Shown: positions 12,267-22,838 of the stretch, piece by piece
How positions within the stretch are numbered: position 1 is the stretch's first letter
Layout of the letters: the number at the start of each line of letters is the position of its first letter
Assembly (NCBI RefSeq): GCF_964355755.1
Contig: NC_092671.1
Location: 1,674,001-1,738,000 of the forward strand
Length of the DNA stretch: 64,000 nucleotides
From: Antedon mediterranea
Taxonomy: Eukaryota; Animalia; Echinodermata
Direction of reading: 5' to 3'
Translations under genes and position numbers: made by a program
Notes under the pieces: generated by a model
Told to the model about the DNA's origin: nothing
The model's database searches: none
The model's input: only the letters and a program-made list of their open reading frames with translations

Positions 12267-14482
12267 TCGTGATTATTAAAAAAAAGTAGACGGTTGTTGA
12301 GAACCGGCGGCGAACCATTGGTTTATTTATGAAACGCATAACATGCACAAAAACGCGTCATACAATCTCGATAATAAATTGTGACGCGTTATCTATTACG
12401 AAAAATAAAAATGTATATTATCAAGGGTGTTAGTATCAGTATTAATTATTAAAACGTGGGTAGAAATATTTTTTGACTATTTACGATGTTTCGATCACCA
12501 TTAAATATAATGCACATCTATATTAATATTATAAGAGATAGCGTGTGTATGTTCGTTATACATTTGGAATGGTCCTACTAGATTTAAAACCGCCTGGGTG
12601 GTTATCTTTCCTCGAAATGAAAGAGTCTACAATCTTACTCGCTCGAGTTGATATTTATCTTGATTTAAATTGAATAAAAAGCAAGGCTAACATTAATTCA
12701 ATTAATACATTGTATGATAATATCTTGAATCTTTTTGTGGGAATTTTATGATAGAAATGATAACGTTATTAACTTTTCAAGAGCGAAAGAGGGCGCTGTG
12801 TATATTGTGAATTGGAAATATACTGTTTTCAGAGGGAGACATAAAACACGTACCTATTAGGCCTAATACAAAATGGTTTGACAATTAAAATTTGTCCTAT
12901 TTTACTGTTATCTTCCATATAAATAGCCGTGATGTACAGAATTAAGTAGTTTAATTAACATTTTATTGAATATTTAACACTATATTCGATGTTTTATATT
13001 AAATTTATTTTTTTAGAAATTATAACACAATATGAAAGATATATTGTAAAGCATAAACCCCAGTAAAAATTGCTTGAGACAGATTCCGAATGGCGCCCTC
13101 AACATCTTTCGTATATTTTTTTCCCCGTCATTTTTATATTATTAGCCTACTCATCATTATCGTAGACTTTACTGCAAATAAACAATATATTTCGTTAAAA
13201 AGATTGTTTTAAAGAAAAGTTTGTTAATTTCTTTCCCAATGATTTGAAATATAAAGAAAAAATAACGTGATGTTTTCCGTGACTTATATCCGGGTTGTAT
13301 ATAAACTACTGGCCAAATAGGTAACATTATTTCTTAAAATTTGTACAAATTCGTATATTTTAAAGTTGTTGTTCATTAATTTGAATTAAACATAGGTTTC
13401 GTACACGTATCATACGTAATGCGTTGTTTTTATATCATTACGTTTTCCCCTCGTTAATCGTTTACATGTGTGTAATTGTCCGCGATACCATAAAATGATT
13501 AACTTTGGAAAATTTCTACTTAGCACAATGAATAGCTTTACCCCTGGTGAAGTGACTTTCGTTTTTTGTAAACACGTATGCCTCATATGCAATGTTCAGT
13601 TAAGAAACATAGGATTTGAGTAAAAATATAATCTTACTCCTCTCTCGAAATTAGACGGTGACGTAACTTAGTAAGTATGTAGGCTTAGAAACTTTAGGAC
13701 TTATCCTCCCTCGTAGATACACCTAGAGACCTATAAGGCTCACAAACCTATTAGTAGTCCTGTAGTATACTACTACTAGGCCAAGCAAGAGTAGTGTGTG
13801 TGTATGAAACGTATTCAGGAAGTTGTCTGTATTTTCAAAGAGCAAATCAACCGTAAATATATACTTTTTATTGAAAGTGAACATCAAAAGAATGCCGTCT
13901 GGTGGCGGTATATCAAAAGACACCGAATTATTTAATACCTGCTGCCCTAGCTTTCTAGTCCGTTGAATGCGTACAATACAAACGGCTGTAAAAGACATTT
14001 CACGCGGTAAAGATGAGCTGTGAATTGACAGTAACTAATTTAGTACCATAAGTGTTCAAATGCACCCTTTTTATCATCAAAACAAGAAAAAAAATGTCCA
14101 TATTAAAGAAAAATTAATGTTAAAATAAATATTATTAAAACGAGGGAAGAGCGATTCAGGGGAAAAAACATAGCGCCATCAACGTTTTGAAACTTACAGT
14201 AGAGTCGAGCCGAAATTATAAGGCGTGACGTATTGACACTACATTTATGTACAGTAATACTCTTTTCAACTATGGTAATTGTGTACCATATAGAGATATC
14301 ATTCTCATCTCTGCGTGTATGTATCTGTATTATGAATCTGAACGTTTTCCACGATAATACAATATTATAAAAAAACAACTACAGGAAAAATAGCAGGTTA
14401 ATTGCACCCGCATCAACCTGTACCAATGCTCTGTATCTTTAATAGCTTCCTAGTTCCGTCAAAATAGATGGAAGAAACTCAG

Positions 14483-14490
14483 TATATAAA
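14483..14490 (+). promoter_or_regulatory. Candidate TATA box of gene B
   Basis: TATATAAA(G) about 97 nt upstream of ATG 14580, with an Inr-like TCAC ~28 nt downstream. Confidence 0.55.
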
Positions 14491-14579
14491 GTAGGAATAA
14501 ATACTTTATTTCACATTTCCAAAGCGTCAGTTTTGTAACAAGAGTGTACGGTCTGTTGAGATACAGTAGGCCATTCAAA

Positions 14580-15047
14580 ATGACGATTCCTTCAAATGGA
14601 AAGATGATAATGTTTGCTTTTATCATTTGGATGTTCGCCGATACGACGATGGCACAGACTTCATTATATGGAAGTCATACTCAAAACCCTAATGCCACAC
14701 AATGTGAAAACATCACAGTTTCCATCTGTCAGAGCCAGCTATACAACACTACGATTCTTCCAAATTTGTTAAATCACACAAGTCAGAATGAAGCAGCTTT
14801 GGTGTTGACTACCTTCTATCCTCTAATATTGGTTGAATGTTCGCCAGATCTTCAGGATTTCCTGTGTGCGATGTATCTACCTCCCTGCACGGACACTTGC
14901 TATGTTACACCACCATGCAAGTCACTTTGTCAAAGTTCGAAAAATGGTTGTCAAGATATTATGGATAATTTCGGTTTTACTTGGCCGGATGAACTTGACT
15001 GCAACCGCTTTCCCGAGCAAACCCAGAGTGTATGTATCGATGGCTAA
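14580..15047 (+). CDS. Gene B: intronless secreted Frizzled CRD-only protein (~155 aa)
   Basis: ATG 14580 (or 14604), signal peptide MIMFAFIIWMFADTTMA, complete 10-Cys CRD plus one extra Cys. TAA follows three residues after C10. TATA box upstream and AATAAA at 15185-15190. Confidence 0.88.
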   Translation: MTIPSNGKMIMFAFIIWMFADTTMAQTSLYGSHTQNPNATQCENITVSICQSQLYNTTILPNLLNHTSQNEAALVLTTFYPLILVECSPDLQDFLCAMYLPPCTDTCYVTPPCKSLCQSSKNGCQDIMDNFGFTWPDELDCNRFPEQTQSVCIDG

Positions 15048-16005
15048 GACGGAGTTAGGCCTTATTACCACAACCACCACTAACATAATCTACCGACAGT
15101 ATACATCATCATTAAGGTGACAACGAAGTCCATCGATGACCGCAACCTGTTAGTGGCGGTTTCGTCGCTGTTGGTTGTGAACTGAATAAAACAAACATTC
15201 ATTTTGTTTCAACGCATACTATATTGTGTAATTTAAAATCGAAGTAATGTTGAAAGTATACTGTGTATTCAATTTGTAATTAAACGATCTATACTCAATA
15301 TTTTGAATAGTCATGTATTTTTAGTGCGTTGCTCGTTCCAGTAAGCCTAACTTAACACTTAGCTTATTCCTGGTATGGTGGTACCGAAGGTAAGTTAGCT
15401 TACATGCCATCAATATCATCGAAATCTTGTGGAAGAGCGTTTATACAAGTACTCCTTTTAATGGTATATTCGATCTGCGTCAGACTCAATTTAGAGTCTT
15501 GTTTGGAGACAGTCTTTTATTTGCGTTCCACATTTATTTATCTATTTTTATAATGAATACTGGCCAGTTTAGATTATAATGCTATCGGATATCAGTACAT
15601 CTTTCATCCTCGGTTCAGAGATTAGAAACATAATTTTAACTAAACTAAACAAAGTAAACTAAATCAGTCCGGATAGCAACATAATTATCTCCCCATATGT
15701 TTATAACTTACAGAAGTAAAAACATGGGATCTATAAATCTAATTTATAGGTCCATGGTACATGATAACACCAGATGACATCGTCTTATGACGATTGTTGT
15801 AGACCGGATATGTTACTGTCTTAATTCTTGTTGTAGGAAGTAGGCCTAGTAATCGATTCCTTATCCTGCATCAAAAGTTGACCTGAGACGACGGAAATGC
15901 ATGGAACAATCAAGTAATGAAACTATTGTATCAACCCGTCACTTCCATCGTGTGTACAGTGTGGAGTGGTTGCTTTGTAGACAAGTTTACAGTTTTTATT
16001 TCATC

Positions 16006-16594
16006 ATGGGTTCCTCATATCTCTATTCCTTCATTCTGATACTATTCCATATACTGACGTTGGTAGACGGGAGCGTGGAAGTTGATCCTACTGAAGAATC
16101 AGACGTCATGACTACCATTGAGCCTCGTTTTGGCAAATACAAACCACCAAACTACCACCAGATACCGGATTGGTACGTTAAAGATAAATGTGAGCCAGTA
16201 ACTGTTCCCTTGTGTAAAGACAGGTTGTATAACTTTACGATTGTACCCAACCTCTTGGATCATGACTCCCAAGATGACGCCGGTTTAGAAGCCCATCAAT
16301 TCTACCCACTTGTTAAAGTCGGATGTTCGGAATATTTACAAGATTTTCTGTGTTCGATGTACGCTCCTCCTTGTACTGTGCTTGAGTACGCTCTTCCTCC
16401 GTGTAAGTCGTTGTGTAAGCGCGCCAGAGCTGACTGCGAAGGTCTTATGAACAGATACGGATTCAAATGGCCCACCAAACTTGACTGTAAATACTTCCCA
16501 AAGGATGGTCTATGCATGGGTGTGGAGAACCTGAAGAGCACCACCACCGAGCCGCTTATGGATCAAACAACGCAGGCTACTGAACCAACACCAA
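16006..16594 (+). CDS. Gene C coding exon 1: signal peptide, N-terminal extension, Fz1/2/7-type CRD, Thr/Pro-rich linker
   Basis: ATG in good context (atcATGG), leader [25 protein letters not shown] contains [14 protein letters not shown] and [11 protein letters not shown]. Donor CAA|gtaagt, phase 1 (589 nt). Confidence 0.93.
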
Positions 16595-16788
16595 GTAAGT
16601 CTATATGGGCACATCACATGAAGTTTGACAGTTTATATTAAATAGGCGTTTTATTACCAACAGCAGCGTACGTACGGTACGTCAAATATTTTTGACCAAT
16701 CACAAACGTCGGACGCGTTGTGCTGTCATCTTCAAAATAATCCGTTGTCTATTTACTTATTATAACTTATTATGTATATGTTTTACAG

Positions 16789-16875
16789 TGTCACGTGATA
16801 ACTCAACATTCTGTTATGAATCTCTTGATGGAAGAAAAGACGATCTCAAGCAGCAATTCTGTGGAGCAGATTTTG
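16789..16875 (+). CDS. Gene C 87-nt exon: start of NTR (MSRDNSTFCYESLDGRKDDLKQQFCGADF)
   Basis: Acceptor ttttacag|, donor TTG|gtaagt, phase 1-1. Paralogous to 10301-10387. Confidence 0.9.
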
Positions 16876-16940
16876 GTAAGTTTCATTTCCGGTTTCCGGC
16901 AATAGTAAAAGTAGTCCACTAAATCCAAACTAACCAGCCC

Positions 16941-17107
16941 CTATTTACCCTTTATATACTATTTACCCTTTATATACTATTTACCCTTTATATAGGCCTA
17001 CTATTTCCCCTATACTATTTACCCTTTATATACTATTTACCCTTTATATACTATTTACCCTTTATATACTATTTACCCTTTATATACTATTTACCCTTTA
17101 TATACTG
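16941..17107. repeat. 18-bp tandem repeat, ~9 copies
   Basis: CTATTTACCCTTTATATA units in gene C intron 2. Confidence 0.95.
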
Positions 17108-17139
17108 TACTATTTATTGTCATATGTTTATTGTTGTTA

Positions 17140-17328
17140 CTGTCGCCTGTGATTGGTTAACTCTCTTGCGTTTCGCTTACCTCCAGTAAGAACCTAGCAT
17201 ACGGGCGTACGTGCAACGGAAGTCAGTTGACAAATCACAGTTCGGATAATCAATTGTCTGCGATTGGTCACATTACTTGTGTTGCGCAGGTACGTCATCG
17301 CTTGCGTCCTGGGATTGAACCAACATTA
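17140..17328. mobile_element. MITE family 1: one half copy plus one near-complete copy
   Basis: CTGTCGCCTGTGATTGGTTAAC...TTGCG...GAACC, then GTTGACAAATCAC...GATTGGTCA...GTTGCGC...GAACCAA. Confidence 0.65.
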
Positions 17329-17363
17329 AATGTAGTAATATCTCCTAACTTGTTTTAATATAG

Positions 17364-17659
17364 TTATGAAGGTTAGACTAGAGGAGGTAGCCAATACACT
17401 GGACGGTACAACGTACTTGATAAGTGGAAGACGACGCACGCTTTATAAAACGCATGGTTTGATCAAACGCGATTTGAAGACATTGCGACTCAATGCAAAG
17501 GACGTAGTAGCTGCAGAATGTTGCCATGTTGTGAAGCCGGGTGAGGATTATCTTATACTGGGCTATAAGAATGGAAAGAAACTTGTCATTAAAACTATTT
17601 ACGCATGGTCAAAGGGAATTAGAAATCTGGTAAAGAATTTCGATGGGGTACAATGCTAA
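17364..17659 (+). CDS. Gene C terminal exon: NTR domain, sFRP1/2/5-like
   Basis: Acceptor atatag|, phase 1. VMKVRL...LYKTHGLIKRDLK...ECC...YLILGYK...LVIKTIYAW...VQC-stop. Spliced product is 323 aa. AATAAA at 17851. Confidence 0.9.
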
Positions 17660-19517
17660 ACAGCAGAGTGCATATTCTCACTTCAATTAAAGATAACTTT
17701 AATAGGACTACTTTTATTTTAAATGTTGTCGAAATATTTCTAAACCTAAATATGTTGTCATTTAACCTTTTAATTGTGAACATGAATAAGTGTTTTCATT
17801 TTAAACAGTTATGTAAATGTTTTAGTATTATGTATCCATTAATTTTGTATAATAAATCATCACAAATGTTGAATACTTTCGTTAAAATCAATTCTAGCTA
17901 GCAAACCGTTATGCGCGTGCGTCCCTTTTTTCATGTTCATGATGCCTTTGTAATAAAACAATGGAATGGAATTTTAAAGACGAACGTATTTATACGAAAG
18001 AAAAAACACTTGTCCGGCCGGCCGTCAACAAATATGCCTGTTTATTGATCTTCAAAATGATATACTTTCCTAGTAAGAATAAAAACTGATTAATATTAAA
18101 CTTTAGCCTGGAGATGTTGTGTTAATCATCAGTGTACAATGCATTGGAACCCGAGTAGGCGTACACGGAGACAGGTGGATTATTCGCGACAAATATTCGC
18201 TCTTTTGTTGCGCGCCATTTGTGAACACGGCAGACAACATGTTTTCAGCCTCGTTCAAAGAACAGTTCTTTCCTGTTGTGTAACGACCTGAAAGTAAATC
18301 AAATTACCAAATGACGTTTCATGCATAAGTATAGATGATTAAGAACAATCAAATGTTCCGCTGTGTTGCAGTTCTATATTGGTTTGTAAATGTTTTGTTA
18401 TATTTTTCTGTTCAGCTAATTATAGGCTACGATATGACTTTGAAATGTAGGTCTAGGTATATTAATTCGACTTATAAGAAACCCCACTATGTTAGGCCTG
18501 AGACACACAGTAATTTCAGGATGTATCGTAGGTATGTAGTCCTAATGATAATTGTAGTATACTTCTCAGTATTCCTGTTGTATCCCTCATAAAATGGGAA
18601 TTATCAGAATACCCGTCCGTCCCCCATCTTGTCGCTCGCTTACAAATTAATTTTCCCCGTACAGTTACAATGTAGGAAGTCCTCTATAGTGTGGTTCTTA
18701 TGACTAAAATGGCTAAATTAATACTTTTCAATTTCTGTATTATAATGACGGAACAATTTGGTCCATTAGGTCTTTTCTATTTATTGTTCTTGTCCAAAAC
18801 AATTCTGTATTTTCTCGTATTATCGGCTTTCTACAAATCCAGGTTTAAACCTATTGCTCTCCGACAACAATGTTGCTACAGTATTCATAAATAAAATGAA
18901 GTTCCTAAACGGTTAGACAGTGTTAGAACTCAAACTATTTCAAAGGAATAAGTAAGGCATAATATTTTTTATAGAATAAAAGCATCAAAGAATGACCGAT
19001 AATTTCAAAGACGCCGCATTATTATGGTACATGCAGTAGCTTTCTAGTCTGCTGAGCGCGTACAAACCGGGGTTTGTAGAGACTGTTGCAATTCACGCAA
19101 TTCAGTTCCGGTTTACGAACTTTTATGAATAGTATTAGTTCGCTCCACCCCCGGAGAATTCAGTTTTTTCACTGCACAGTGAGGTGTTTTGTTTGTACCC
19201 TATCGATAGTAGTGTACTTCTATTGTCGATAATTGTGTTTTAATTCCCGGCATAATGCGTTAAATTTGTCAGATGAAATGACAATAGATAATTTGATAGA
19301 TTCGACGGTTTAATAATTATGTTTTTGAAAATGCCGTCGTTTCGTTTGATCTTAATAATTGGTATCACCATCGATGTCTCTAATAATCGATACATGTTGC
19401 ATCTTGTTTTTACTTATGACCATTCATTTAAGAGAAACTATATTTTTGCAGAATATTGAAGTACATCAATAAAGAGGAAAAACACGAGATTGTCCTGTCT
19501 TTACTGTTTTATTATTT

Positions 19518-19666
19518 TAAGTTTTTTCGCAACGAAAGGACGTAAGCGCGCAACGCAATCGAGTTGACTAATCAAACGCGATTGATTATTTAAACTGTCG
19601 CGTTGATTGATCAACTCACGTGCGTTGCACAAGTTACTACGTCGTTAAAGTTCGAACCAAGATTTA
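19518..19666. mobile_element. MITE family 1 copy
   Basis: GCAACGCAATCGAGTTGACTAATCAA...TTGATTGATCAACTC...TGCGTTGC...GAACCAAG inverted structure. Confidence 0.7.
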
Positions 19667-21113
19667 ATCCATTTATTTATTTTTGTTATTAAACCTTGTT
19701 TAAAGAGGGTAACCCTAAAACAGCATATGCTGACAATCAATGCAACAATAATATTTTACTTTATTTTTTTCTGCGTTATTAAGAAATTAGCAGAAAAAAC
19801 CGTTTGCCAATTAATTTTTAGTGAATCTTTAAGAGATATTTACGCAATAGGCAATTGTCAAGTTGATAGGAATTGCAATCAAGGCGATATACTGATTGGG
19901 CTTCCGTGGTTAACTTCAGGACTCATAGCTGTATGAAATCAAAAGAATTTATACAAAATTAACATACTTAATTAAAGTTATGTATAAAGTGGTTAAATAA
20001 AGTTATAAATGACAATAAGAGGATAACAAATTTTGACATAGCGCCCTCTATTTTAAAAGTTCTTTAATCACAGTGCTGCTGTTGTATCAGTACTGTCCGA
20101 ACAAAACATATTACCTACTGGTTCTGCTATGTAGATTCAAGTTATATATCAAATATATCATATTAAAAAGTTAAAGATAAAATATTTTGTTTCGAATTAG
20201 TTTACAAACAAACATTCCAATACAATCTTTGCATACAAACAAAAATGGAAATGGAAAGAATGTCACCTATAAACACTTATTTGACCTTTTAATCATGTTA
20301 AAGTATGTATTTTTAAATGAAAGTTGTTTTTTAAAAACCCTGTTTTTAGCAAGAAATATTGTTTTAAATTGTCTAAATTAAATGTATGTTACGCTGTATT
20401 CCAATACGAATGTTTTATTCTAGTTGATTTCATGCAAACCAACCAGCTTGCCATAAAAAGTAAACAATTCCGAGTACTGGTACATTCTAAAAAAAAAAAT
20501 TATGATTTATTAGTTAATTTCAATCTTATTGATTGTTTACATTTTTACTGGCATACTTATGTCACCGTTTCACGTTTCAATAAAACGTCTGAAATGCGCC
20601 TATAAATTTGCAAAGTAAACATTTTACACGTCACGTGGTAGATTATATGGCTACCGATTGGTCAATTTACGATTAAAGCTTAATCAGTAGTTTCTCAGAC
20701 CTTTTATATTTAAAACAACAAACAAGATTAATTTCAAATAATTTTGGCAAAAAAATAATTGATATATAATAATATATATAATAATTATAAGATGTAATGT
20801 TTTATTATTTTAAATATGACTTAGTTTAGTCGTTTTTGCTATAAATTTGCAGACACCCCTGTGGAGATTTAGAAACTGCTGTGACGTAACTCAGTTGCAG
20901 TCTATTCACTGTGTCAACTGAGCAAGTGTTTGGCGACAAAGCGTGAACTTAGGCTTGCTGATGGTTGTGGCTTATATTACGAGGAGTATATTTTGATCAC
21001 AAATTTAGTCAAGAATTAATGTTTATGCTCTAAAGTTAACAAAATACAATTACTGGATACATTTTGAAGCTCGTGTGGATTGCCTTGTGAAGGTAAATAA
21101 ACCAACAACAACC

Positions 21114-22838
21114 ATGTTCTGCAGAGAAGATCATGTGAAAAACCGAAGGTGGGTGAAACCGCTCTCTGTTCTTGTTTTGTCGCTGTTGTTGCACTGTACA
21201 ACGGCGCAGGTACATGGTCCATACGGGAATAATGGCGGAGGTGATACTTATTCGAAGCCTAGGTGCGAAGCAATCACAATTCCACTGTGTCATCAGCTTC
21301 CATATAACACCACAATTTCACCAAATTTGTTGAATCAAAACCAAGAAGATGCTGGTTTAGAAGTACATCAATTTTATCCGCTCGTAAAAGTCGAATGTTC
21401 TGTGGATTTAAAATACTTTTTGTGTTCGATGTATGCACCTCCATGTACAATGGTGGATTTTGCGATACCTCCATGTAAATCGTTATGTCAAAGTGCGAGG
21501 AATGGATGCGAAGCTTTGATGAACAGATTTGGTTTCCAATGGCCTGATAAACTTGACTGTGATTTGTTTCCCGAACAACGACCTGGAATTTTATGTGTTG
21601 ACCGAAATCGAACAACGCACCCAATTGACAATGATGGTAATGGTGGAAAGACTATAACGACAAAGTCTCCAGAAAATGTTGTGACATCAACTCCCGCAAT
21701 TCACAAAGAAGATATTCCATTTACATGTCCAAAAGAATTCACAGTTCCTGAGAAAGATGAAGAATTTTTGGGATCAAAAAATTGTGGAGCCCCGTGTCCA
21801 ATGTTTTTTACAGACCCTGCTCAACAAAAGTTTGCCAGGCTTTGGATTGGTATTTGGGCGTTTATTTGTGCCGGATCGTCTTTATTTACTTTCATGACAT
21901 TTGTGATAGACACTAAAAGGTTTAGGTATCCTGAACGTCCAATTATTTTTCTTTCTGGGTGTTACTTTATGATTGCTGTTGTATACATTGTTGGATTTTT
22001 TATGGACGATGAAATAGCTTGTAATCAGCCTTCATCTGAGGACGTACATCGAGAGGCAACTCTGACGCAAGGTGCCAAGAAAGAGATGTGTACGATTCTA
22101 TTTATGGTTTTGTACTACTTCACGATGGCATCTTCTATTTGGTGGGTGTTGTTGAGTCTCACATGGTTCTTGGCTGCCGGTTTGAAATGGGGTCATGAGG
22201 CTATCGAGAGAAATTCCCAATATTTTCACGTTGCTGCTTGGTCTATTCCTGCTGTAAAGACAATTGTAATTCTTACGATGGGTGAGGTCGACGGTGACCC
22301 TCTCAGCGGTGTTTGTTTCACTGGTGGTACGAACATTGCCGCACTACGAGGATTTGTACTTGCCCCTCTTATCATCTATCTAATCATAGGAACATTCTTT
22401 TTAATAACCGGATTTATCGCTTTGTGTCGTATAAGGACTTTTATGAAGCACGAAAATACGAAAACAGACAAGTTGGAAAAATTAATGTTTCGTATTGGAA
22501 TTTTCACTGTACTATACACTGTTCCAGCCACTGTTGTAGTAGCCTGCTATATTTATGAGCAAAACTTTAGGGCTCAGTGGGAGTTACGTTGGCTCTCGGA
22601 CAATTGTTTAAAATACAGTGTGGTCTGTCCGCATCTAGATGGGTTATTACCCGAAGCCTCTCAGGGTCAAAGGCCGAACTTCACTGTTTTTATGGTTAAA
22701 TATTTAATGTTAGTGGTTGTTGGCATTACCAGTGGTTTTTGGATTTGGTCTGGGAAGACCCTTCAATCGTGGATAAACTTTTATTATAAATTGTGTTCGA
22801 GGAGAAGATCCGTTCCGAAGAAACCTTCAGAAGTTTAA
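21114..22838 (+). CDS. fzd1/2/7: Frizzled-1/2/7-class Wnt receptor, intronless, ~574 aa
   Basis: First in-frame ATG (accATG) at 21114, signal peptide, CRD with [14 protein letters not shown] (1/2/7-type, not the 5/8-type HQFWPLVEI). Also [30 protein letters not shown], seven TM segments, Dishevelled-binding KTLQSW and a C-terminal class I PDZ-binding SEV. Confidence 0.97.
   Translation: MFCREDHVKNRRWVKPLSVLVLSLLLHCTTAQVHGPYGNNGGGDTYSKPRCEAITIPLCHQLPYNTTISPNLLNQNQEDAGLEVHQFYPLVKVECSVDLKYFLCSMYAPPCTMVDFAIPPCKSLCQSARNGCEALMNRFGFQWPDKLDCDLFPEQRPGILCVDRNRTTHPIDNDGNGGKTITTKSPENVVTSTPAIHKEDIPFTCPKEFTVPEKDEEFLGSKNCGAPCPMFFTDPAQQKFARLWIGIWAFICAGSSLFTFMTFVIDTKRFRYPERPIIFLSGCYFMIAVVYIVGFFMDDEIACNQPSSEDVHREATLTQGAKKEMCTILFMVLYYFTMASSIWWVLLSLTWFLAAGLKWGHEAIERNSQYFHVAAWSIPAVKTIVILTMGEVDGDPLSGVCFTGGTNIAALRGFVLAPLIIYLIIGTFFLITGFIALCRIRTFMKHENTKTDKLEKLMFRIGIFTVLYTVPATVVVACYIYEQNFRAQWELRWLSDNCLKYSVVCPHLDGLLPEASQGQRPNFTVFMVKYLMLVVVGITSGFWIWSGKTLQSWINFYYKLCSRRRSVPKKPSEV

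Noticed and set aside
15901-16005. Upstream in-frame ATG of gene C
   Set aside because: It adds 35 residues before a clean signal peptide, and ATG 16006 has better context. Not fully excluded.
4355-22558. Antisense or alternative-frame ORFs over CRD genes (4355-4687, 14833-15120, 16302-16547, 21016-21624, 22313-22558)
   Set aside because: These are shadows of the real coding frames. Their mutual similarity only reflects CRD paralogy.
21075-22838. Frizzled 5/8 assignment and ORF-track start at 21075
   Set aside because: [16 protein letters not shown] and KTLQSW fit Fz1/2/7. Position 21075 is GTG, and the first ATG with a following signal peptide is 21114.
4251-22838. One multi-CRD gene or alternative ectodomain exons spliced onto the 7TM
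   Set aside because: Each unit has its own ATG, signal peptide, stop and polyA signal, and the receptor ORF is continuous.
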